Source of the DNA: an uncultured Candidatus Rokubacteria bacterium
GTDB taxonomy: Bacteria > Methylomirabilota > Methylomirabilia > Rokubacteriales > CSP1-6
Reading direction: 5' to 3'
NCBI GenBank assembly: GCA_963747235.1
Contig: CAVVEU010000024.1
Span: forward strand, 224,001 to 288,000
Length of the DNA stretch: 64,000 nucleotides
The position numbers and the translations under genes are program-made. This document shows positions 55,487-64,000 of the stretch, piece by piece (within the stretch, counting starts at the first letter, position 1; each line of letters starts with the position of its first letter). The notes beneath the pieces are model-generated. The model ran no database searches, had not been told where the DNA came from, and saw nothing but the letters and a program-made list of their open reading frames with translations.

Positions 55487-55747
55487 CTAGGCCTTGACGG
55501 CTCCCGCGGCGGCCCTTGCCCGCGCGAGCAGGTTCTTCACCGTGTTGGAGGGCTGGGCCCCCTTGGCGATCCACGCCTGCGCCTTCTCGACCTCGATCTT
55601 GATCGTCGGCGGGTTCGTGAGCGGGTTGTAGTGCCCGAGCACCTCGATGAACTTGCCGTCCCGCGCCGCGCGCGAGTCCGCCACCACCACGCGGTATGCC
55701 GGCTTCCGCGTCGTTCCCGTCCGTCTCAGCCTGATGTGCACTGCCAC
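55487..55747 (-). CDS. rpsP: 30S ribosomal protein S16
   Basis: IRLRRTG, YRVVVADSR, RDGKFIE, GAQPS. Confidence 0.98.
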   Translation of the reverse strand: MAVHIRLRRTGTTRKPAYRVVVADSRAARDGKFIEVLGHYNPLTNPPTIKIEVEKAQAWIAKGAQPSNTVKNLLARARAAAGAVKA

Positions 55748-55793
55748 TGGTCACCTCTCTGTTCGGTTGTCGTGGTCTGCGTCGGTCCGGGGC

Positions 55794-57137
<1,344 letters not shown>

Positions 57138-57177
57138 CGCGTTCTACCGCCAGGGGACAGGTTTGTGGGAACGCTAA

Positions 57178-57206
57178 AGGATACTGACGAGGCAGGAAAA
57201 AGTCAA
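57178..57206 (-). promoter_or_regulatory. sigma70 promoter TTGACT-N17-TATCCT for the ffh-rpsP operon
   Basis: 17-bp spacing; the -35 overlaps the rpe stop codon. Confidence 0.65.
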
Positions 57207-57862
57207 GCCCTTCTCGGTACTTCCGAGGCACTCCGCAAGGCGACCAGCGCGGCGCCCGGATCGGCCGCGCCGAAGATGGCGGAGCCTGCCACCAGCACGG
57301 TGGCCCCGGCCTGCGCCAGGAGCCCGGCATTGTCGGCCTTGACGCCGCCGTCCACCGAGACCAGCACCGGCCGGTCGGCGAGCATCGCGCGGAGGCGGCG
57401 GATCTTCTCGTAGGCGGTGGGGATGAACGACTGGCCGCCGAAGCCCGGATTGACCGACATGACCAGCACCAGGTCCAGGTCGTCCAGCACGTACTGGAGG
57501 ACTTCCGGCGGGGTGGACGGGTTCAGCGCCACCCCCGCGCGGGCCCCGGCCTCGCGGATCAGCGCGAGCGCGCGCTCGAGGTGCGCGCAGGCCTCGGCGT
57601 GCACGGTCACGTAGTCGGCGCCGGCCTTCACGTACGTCTCCACCCAGCGCTCGGGCTCCTCGATCATGAGGTGCACGTCGAGGGGGAGCCGCGTCCGCTT
57701 CCGGATGGACTCGATCACCGGGGGCCCGATGGAGAGATTGGGCACGAAGTGGCCGTCCATCACGTCCACGTGGAGCAGGTCGGCCCCCGCCGTCTCGACC
57801 CGCGCGATGGCCTCGCCCAGCGCGGTGAAGTCGGCGGACAGGATGCTGGGCGCGATCTTCAT
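57203..57862 (-). CDS. rpe: Ribulose-phosphate 3-epimerase
   Basis: IAPSILSADF, HVDVMDGHFVPN, MSVNPGFGGQ, VDGGV. Confidence 0.98.
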   Translation of the reverse strand: MKIAPSILSADFTALGEAIARVETAGADLLHVDVMDGHFVPNLSIGPPVIESIRKRTRLPLDVHLMIEEPERWVETYVKAGADYVTVHAEACAHLERALALIREAGARAGVALNPSTPPEVLQYVLDDLDLVLVMSVNPGFGGQSFIPTAYEKIRRLRAMLADRPVLVSVDGGVKADNAGLLAQAGATVLVAGSAIFGAADPGAALVALRSASEVPRRA

Positions 57863-57906
57863 GATGCGACGACCTTACTCCAAAGAACGGAGGGCCGCAA
57901 AGGGCG

Positions 57907-59266
57907 TCAGGCCCGCGGCAGCCGCATCAGCCGCACCGCGGTGAAGCCGTCGGTCCCGTGGACGTGGGGCAGGCAGCGGATCACGCCGTCTGCGCCGGGC
58001 GCCACCGGGAAGTCGGCGGGCGGATCCACGCGCCAGTCGGGGTGCTCGTCGAGGAAGGCCCGCACGACCGCGTCGTTCTCCTCGGGCTCGAGCGAGCAGG
58101 TGGCGTAGACCAGGCGCCCGCCCGGCTTGGCGAGCCCCGCCGCGGCGGTGAGAATGCCCCGCTGCTTCTCGGCGAGCCGGCCGAGCTCGGCCTCCTCGCG
58201 CTTCCACTTCACGTCGGGATTGCGGCGCAGCACGCCCAGGTTCGAGCAGGGCGCGTCCACCAGCACCCGATCGCAGCGGTTCTTCCAGCGCCCCGACACC
58301 GAGGCCACACCCCCGGCGTGCGCCTCGACGATGGAGACCCCGAGCCGGGATACCGCCTGGGTCAGGAGCCCGAGCCGCCCCGCGTGCGGATCCATGGCGA
58401 TGATGCGCCCGCGATTGCCCATCAGCTGGGCCATGTGGGTGGTCTTGGTCCCGGGCGCGGCGCAGGTGTCCGCGACCAGCTCGCCCGGCTGCGGATCGAG
58501 CAGGCGCGCGATCAGCATGGACGCCTCGTCCTGGATCGCGCACCAGCCGGCCGCGAAGGCGGCCCACCGGCCGATGCCGCCCCGGCGCACCGTGAGGCCC
58601 TCCGGCGCGAGCGACGTGAGATCGGTATCGGCCAGCTCCTCGTCGCGGAGACGGGTCGCGAGGTCTTCCCGCGAGATGCGGAGGGTGTTCGCGCGGATGG
58701 TCACGGGCGGGCGCTCGTTCGAGGCCTTGCATGAGCCGCTCCGCCTCCTCCAGGCCGTAGCGGGCGATCCAGCGCGCGGCCATCCAGTCCGGGAACGACC
58801 AGCGGATCGCGGCCGCCTCGACCGGATCGGCGGGCAGCCGGGGCGGGGCCGGCGCCCGCGTGAACGCCCGCAGCACCGCGTTGACGAACTCCGCGGGCCC
58901 CGGGTTGCGGGACTTGAGCCGCGCGATGCTCACCGCCTCGTCCACCGCGGCCCACCGCGGCACGCGATCGAGGAACAGGAGCTGGTACGCGGTGAGGCGC
59001 AGCACCGCGCGCACCCAGGGGTCGAGCTTGGCGAGCGGGCGGTTGAGATGCGGGGTGAGGCGCCAGTCGAGGTGCCGCCGCCAGCGCAGCGTGCCGTAGA
59101 CGATCTCGGTGCAGAGCCCCGCGTCGCGGGCGTCGAGGTGCGCGCGATCGAGCGCGGCGTCGAGCGCGAGATCGGCGAAGGCGCGGTCCCGCTCCACGCG
59201 GACCAGGATGTGGAGCGCCTCGTATCGCGCCTGGGAGACCGGGCCCGCCTTGAGAATCGGGCTCAC
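57907..59266 (-). CDS. rsmB: 16S rRNA m5C967 methyltransferase RsmB/Sun (+1 frameshift near 58725)
   Basis: NusB-like N-domain (YGTLRW, FVNAVLR), IQDEAS, CAAPGTKT, DAPCS, YATCS, DGF. Confidence 0.93.
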
Positions 59267-60195
59267 GGGGCGGGCTCCGTCACGCGCGCCCCCGCCGACA
59301 GGCGGGCGCCGCGGAGGAAATCGGCCCACCGCATCGCCTTGCGATTCTCCGGCTGGACGTCGAGTGGGAGGAGCAGGCCGTCGCCGGTGGCGATGGCGAG
59401 GCCTCCGTCAGACGAGACGAGGGTGCCGGCGGGCGCGGTGAGGCCGGGCGCGGCCACCGCGGTCGCGCGCCAGACCAGGAGCCGGCCGGCCGGCGTGACG
59501 AGCGCGGCCCCCGGCCACGGGTTGCAGCCGCGCACGCGGTTGACGAGATCGCGCGCGGGCTCGGCCGGGCGCAGCCAGCCGTCTTCCTTCTTGAGCCGCG
59601 GAGCGAGCGTGGCCTTCGCGTGATCCTGCGGGACGCGCGGCAGCGTGTCGATGCCGTCGAGCGTCCGCAGCAGGAGCCGCGCGCCGATCTCCGCCATCCG
59701 CGTGGAGAGCTCGCCGGCGGTTTCCTCGGGGCCGATCGGCGTCGCCTCGGTCAGGAGCATGTCGCCGGTGTCCATCCCGGGGTCCATCTGGAAGGTGGTG
59801 ATGCCGGTCTCCGTCTCGCCGCGCATGATCGCCCAGGCGATCGGCGCCGCGCCCGCGGTAGCGCGGCAGCACCGAGCCGTGGACGTTGATGGAGCCGTGG
59901 ACCGGCACGTCGAGCACCGCCTTGGGCAGGATCTGGCCGAAGGCGGCGACCACCGCCACGTCGGGCCGGTACTCGGCCAGGCGCTCCGGCCAGCCCGCAT
60001 CGCGGAGCCGTGGCGGCTGCAGCACCGGGACGGAGGCCGCGAGCGCACGCTGCTTCACGGGGAGGGCGTCACCGCACGACCGCGGCCCGCCGGCTTGTCG
60101 GGCTGGGTGATCACCGCCACCACCTGGTGGCGCGCCAGCAGAGCCTCGAGCGTGGGCAGGGCGAAGGCCGGCGTGCCGTAGAACAGGACGCGCAG
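59263..60195 (-). CDS. fmt: Methionyl-tRNA formyltransferase (frameshifts near 60062 and 59850; start codon uncertain)
   Basis: [52 protein letters not shown] across frames. Confidence 0.92.
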
Positions 60196-60205
60196 CCGGG
60201 ACTCG

Positions 60206-60728
60206 CTAGAGCGCGAAGGCGTGGTTCCCCGTCTCCTTGGGGAAGCCTTCCTTCTGGATCTTCTTCTTGATGCGGTCCCGTGTCACCGGGGGCAGCCGGT
60301 CGATGAACAGGACACCGTCGAGGTGATCCAGCTCGTGCTGGACGATCCGGGCCTTGAGCCCGGTGGCCTCGAGCGAGACGGGCTTGCCGTCCGCGTCCAT
60401 GCGCCGTCACCGTGATCGTCTTGCTGCGCTCGACCACGCCGAAGACGCCCGGGAGCGAGAGGCAGCCCTCTTCCTCGCGGATCGTCCCGCTGCGGGTCTC
60501 GATCTCCGGATTGATCAGGGCCTGCGCGCCGCCCTTGCCGTCGTCCATCACGAGAATGCGGTGCGGCAGGCCGACCTGGGGCGCGGCCAGCCCGATGCCG
60601 ACCTGGTGCCACATGGTCTCGGTCATGTCGGCGATGATCCGCTTGATCTCGGCGGTGATCTCGCGCACCGGGGTGGCCACCTGACGCAGGACCGGGTCGC
60701 CGTAGAGCCTCACCGTGAGCAATGCCAC
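60206..60728 (-). CDS. def: Peptide deformylase (+1 frameshift near 60403)
   Basis: [26 protein letters not shown]. Confidence 0.95.
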
Positions 60729-60757
60729 TGTTCCGTCTCCTCTCTGGGTCCCGTCGC

Positions 60758-62524
60758 TCAGCCGTTGGACTGCGGATCCATCTCTACTTCTACCATACCG
60801 CTCGCGCGCCGTCGCCGCCCGAGGAAGGGCGCGAGCGCCGGCGCCAGCAGGCGCGGCAGCTCGGCGGGCCCCTTGATCACGAAGCGCCACCGACTGTTGC
60901 GCCCGCGCGGGGGCGTCACCGAGGCGGGCGGATAGACCGTGAGGCCCGCGATACCCCGGAGGGCCGCCGCGCACTCGGTGACGAGGGCCCGCACCGGGCC
61001 GTCCTCCCGGCCGCGGGCCGACACCTCGGCGAGCCGGCGGTAGGGCGGGTAGCCCAGCTCCGCCCGGAACTTGAGCTCCTCCTCGTAGAAGCTCGCGCGA
61101 TCCTGCGCCTGCACGGCCCGGATCGCATAGTGCTCGGGGTGCTGCGTCTGGATCACGAGGCGCCCGCCCGGCGTCACCGATTCCGCGGCCGCCCACAGGA
61201 GCTGCCAGGTCCGCTCGCCCGCGCGGAAATCCGGCACGCGCAGCAGCCCGTCGAGGGCGACGAAGCCGACGCAGCCCACGGAGCGCCGGGGCAGCGCGCG
61301 GAGCAGCGCGGGCGTGCCGATCAGCACCTGCGCCTCGAGGCTCTGGCGCGAGACGGTCAGCCGGGGAAAGCGCCGCGCGACCGAGGTCTGGACGCGCTCC
61401 GGATCCCAGCCGAACGGGGAGAGCCGGTGGCCGCCGCACGCCGGACAGTGATCGGGCGGCGTGTCGGCGCGCGCGCACAGCGGGCAGCGCAGCGCGCTCC
61501 GGTCGCGCGCGAGCGCGAGGGCCACGCCGCAGTCGGGGCAGCGCAGGACGGCGCCGCACTCGTCGCAGGCCAGCGCGGACGTCCGGCGGCTGACGATGAG
61601 GACGGCGCGGCGGCCCTGCCGCGACATGTCCTCGATGGCGCGGGTCAACGGCAGCGTGAGCGGATGGTTCCGGAGGATGCCGCGGGTGTCGGCGGTGATG
61701 ACCTCGGGCCAGGCCGCGGGCGGCGCGTCCGGCCGGACGATCCGGCCCTGCCGCGCGTGCCACCAGCTCTCGGCGGACGGCGTGGCGGAGAGCAGGAGCA
61801 GGCGGCTGCCGTCGAGCTCGGCCCGCCGCAGCAGCAGGTCGCGCGAATGCAGCCGCGGCGCGCCCGGCGGCTTGTGGGCCGGATCGTGCTCGTCGATCAG
61901 GGCCAGCATCGCGGGCGGCGGCAGCGGGGTCAGCAGCGCGGAGCGGGTGCCGACCACGACCCGGCTGCGCCCGCGGGAGGCCGCGAACCAGGCCCGGCGG
62001 CGCTCCGCCTCCGAGACGCCGCTGTCGAGCCGGGGGGCGTCGAGCCGCTGCGCCCAGCGCGCGGCCGCCTCGCGATCCGGCGCGATGAGGAGCGCGGCGC
62101 CGGGCTCGCGCTCCAGGCACTCCACGAGCCGGTCCTCGCGCCGCTCGTCCGTCCAGAGCTCCGGCGCGCGCGGCGGGCTCGGCGCGGGTGCGGCGGGCGG
62201 CGACACCGTCTCGGCCGCGCCGCCGCGCGGGGGCGGCGGCAGCAGGGACAGAAGCGTCGAGCCCCACGACGACAGGCTCTCGCCCGCGGCCCAGCGTCCC
62301 AGCTCGAGCGCGGCTTCCGAGAGCACGGGCACCGGCTCCACCGCGCGCTGCAGCGGCTTCAGCCCGCCCGCATCGCCCTCGCGGAGCCCGACCACCACGC
62401 CCACCCGCGCCCGCCCCTGGAGCGGCGCACTGACCCGCTGCCCCCGCCCAACCACGAGTCCAGACGGAACGACATAAGAGAACGCGTGATCGATCGGAAT
62501 ATCAAAGACGACGTCTGCGATCAA
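60758..62524 (-). CDS. priA: Primosomal protein N' (PriA) with degenerate helicase motifs
   Basis: 3'-DNA-binding N-domain (FSYVVP, GQRVSAPL), VGTRSAL, SATPS, four CxxC pairs, PDFRAGE, IQT, YPPY; coaBC-priA-def-fmt context; TTG start inferred. Confidence 0.85.
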   Translation of the reverse strand: MIADVVFDIPIDHAFSYVVPSGLVVGRGQRVSAPLQGRARVGVVVGLREGDAGGLKPLQRAVEPVPVLSEAALELGRWAAGESLSSWGSTLLSLLPPPPRGGAAETVSPPAAPAPSPPRAPELWTDERREDRLVECLEREPGAALLIAPDREAAARWAQRLDAPRLDSGVSEAERRRAWFAASRGRSRVVVGTRSALLTPLPPPAMLALIDEHDPAHKPPGAPRLHSRDLLLRRAELDGSRLLLLSATPSAESWWHARQGRIVRPDAPPAAWPEVITADTRGILRNHPLTLPLTRAIEDMSRQGRRAVLIVSRRTSALACDECGAVLRCPDCGVALALARDRSALRCPLCARADTPPDHCPACGGHRLSPFGWDPERVQTSVARRFPRLTVSRQSLEAQVLIGTPALLRALPRRSVGCVGFVALDGLLRVPDFRAGERTWQLLWAAAESVTPGGRLVIQTQHPEHYAIRAVQAQDRASFYEEELKFRAELGYPPYRRLAEVSARGREDGPVRALVTECAAALRGIAGLTVYPPASVTPPRGRNSRWRFVIKGPAELPRLLAPALAPFLGRRRRASGMVEVEMDPQSNG

Positions 62525-62537
62525 GCGAGGCTGGACG

Positions 62538-62638
62538 ACGTGTGTCCGCCGACTGGGGGAGTGCGGGGGCCATGTCTGGGCCCCCGCATATGGAGAGCCT
62601 GAAGAACCAAACGAGTGTCCGCGGAACACGAGTGTCCG
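62538..62638. repeat. Intergenic element: three ACGWGTGTCCG direct repeats plus a 10-bp GC hairpin
   Basis: Repeats at 62538, 62611, 62628; TGCGGGGGCC-N7-GGCCCCCGCA at 62562-62588. Confidence 0.6.
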
Positions 62639-62646
62639 GCCAAGCG

Positions 62647-63345
62647 CTACCGCGAACCGTCGCCGGACCGCGCGTCGTACTCCCGCCGCGCCAGCTTGAG
62701 ATCGTCCCAGGCCATGCGCCGGAATTCCGGGCCGGGATTGCGCAGCAGGAAGGCGGGATGGAAGGTGGGCACGAGCACGCTCGCCCGGTACTGGTACGTC
62801 TTCCCGCGCAGCCGCGTGATGCCTTCCTTGGTCCCGAGCAGGGTCTGCGCCGCGAAGTTGCCGAGGGCCAGGATCACGTGCGGGCCGATCGTGTCGATCT
62901 GGGCCATCAGGAACGGGCTGCAGGCCGCGACCTCGTCGGGCTCCGGGTTGCGGTTGCGCTCGGGCCGGCACTTCACCACGTTGGCGATGTAGCAATCGCG
63001 CTCGCGGTCGAACCCGACCGAGGCCAGCATCTTGGTCAGGAGCTGGCCGGCGCGCCCCACGAAGGGCAGCCCCTGCTTGTCCTCCTCCTCGCCGGGGCCC
63101 TCGCCCACCACCATGAGCCGCGCCCGCGCATTGCCCGAGCCGAACGCGACGTTCGTGCGGCTCTTGCAGAGCTTGCAGAGCTGGCAGCCCTGGCGCGCGC
63201 GCTCCTGCTCGCGCAGGGCGTCGGCGGGATCGGGGAACGGCACGCCGGCGAGCGCGAGGTCGCGCAGGCCGAGATCGCGGTGGTGGCGGAGGGTGTCGGC
63301 CAGCCCGCGCAGGGCCAGGGCCACGGCCTCCCGCGCGTCGCTCAT
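62647..63345 (-). CDS. udg: Family 4 (Fe-S) uracil-DNA glycosylase
   Basis: CQLCKL, GEGPG, PFVGRAG, NVVKCRP, HPAFLLR. Confidence 0.93.
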   Translation of the reverse strand: MSDAREAVALALRGLADTLRHHRDLGLRDLALAGVPFPDPADALREQERARQGCQLCKLCKSRTNVAFGSGNARARLMVVGEGPGEEEDKQGLPFVGRAGQLLTKMLASVGFDRERDCYIANVVKCRPERNRNPEPDEVAACSPFLMAQIDTIGPHVILALGNFAAQTLLGTKEGITRLRGKTYQYRASVLVPTFHPAFLLRNPGPEFRRMAWDDLKLARREYDARSGDGSR

Positions 63346-63349
63346 CGGG

Positions 63350-64000
63350 CTAGCGAGTGGCGCGGTTGGAGGCGGGGGAGCGATCGGCCGCGCGCAGCCC
63401 GACCACGCGGTCGAGGATGGCGTCGGCGACGTCAAGCTTGCTCATCTTGGGCAGATCCATCGCGCCGCCCCAGCGGTCGAGCAGCGTGACCTGATTGTCG
63501 TCGGCGTCGAAGCCGATGCCCTTCACGCTGACGTCGTTGGCCACGAGGAGATCCACGCCCTTGGCCCGGAGCTTGGCGGCCGCGTTGGCCCGCACGTCGT
63601 TGGTCTCGGCCGCGAAGCCCACCAGGAACGCGCGGCCCTTGCGGGCGGCCAGCTCCTTCAGGATGTCGGGATTGGGCGCGAGATCGAGCGTGAGGCCCTC
63701 GTCCTTGCGCGACTTGATCTTGGTCGCGCTCGGCTGCTTGACGCGGTAGTCGGCCACCGCCGCCGCCTTGATGACGATGGTGGCGCGCTCGAGGTGCTGG
63801 AGCGCGGCCTCGCGCATGTCCTCCGCGGTCTGCACCGGCACGTACACCGCGCCGGCGGGCGGGGTCAGCGTGGTGGGCCCGGAGATCAGGATCACCTCGG
63901 CGCCGCGGCGCAGCGCGGCCGTCGCGACCGCCTGGCCCATCTTCCCGGAGGAGCGATTCGAGATGTAGCGCACCGGATCGATCGGCTCGCGCGTCGGGCC
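63350..64000 (-). CDS. coaBC: CoaBC (phosphopantothenate-cysteine ligase domain), 5' part outside window
   Basis: GPTREPIDPVRYISNRSSGKMG, AAVADY, NPDIL, VGFAAET, VANDV. Confidence 0.96.
   Translation of the reverse strand, partial: GPTREPIDPVRYISNRSSGKMGQAVATAALRRGAEVILISGPTTLTPPAGAVYVPVQTAEDMREAALQHLERATIVIKAAAVADYRVKQPSATKIKSRKDEGLTLDLAPNPDILKELAARKGRAFLVGFAAETNDVRANAAAKLRAKGVDLLVANDVSVKGIGFDADDNQVTLLDRWGGAMDLPKMSKLDVADAILDRVVGLRAADRSPASNRATR

Overview
GC-rich bacterial chromosomal segment from a diderm (it encodes a secretin). Gene style tentatively suggests Candidatus Rokubacteria/Methylomirabilota or a Deltaproteobacteria-like lineage; this is inference only. From left to right: a Liv-type binding protein; four paralogous TMTC-like (GT-C membrane domain + TPR) glycosyltransferases interleaved with thiE-accC-accB-efp-TPR and aroB-aroC; a type IVa pilus cluster (pilMNOPQ, minor pilins FimT/PilV/PilX-like, pilD, two near-identical pilA copies each with its own sigma54 promoter, pilRS, pilC, pilT, but no pilB); macrodomain-mazG; a HAIR/HspR heat-shock operon (dnaK, dnaJ with HPD changed to SPD, hspR, lon); a lytic transglycosylase; Crp/Fnr, isochorismatase, a GT87-like protein and comM; dut; an aminotransferase/DapA-like/Liv ABC block; the ffh-rpsP-rimM-trmD-rplS-rnhB-yraN operon; and rpe-rsmB-fmt-def-priA (helicase motifs degenerate)-udg-coaBC. 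Many genes in 1-24.4 kb and 45-61 kb carry single-base frameshifts that look like sequencing errors. No rRNA, tRNA, CRISPR array or transposase was seen. The best candidate for an undescribed system is a multi-TMTC protein O-glycosylation locus linked to Cys-free, Ser/Thr-rich type IV pilins.
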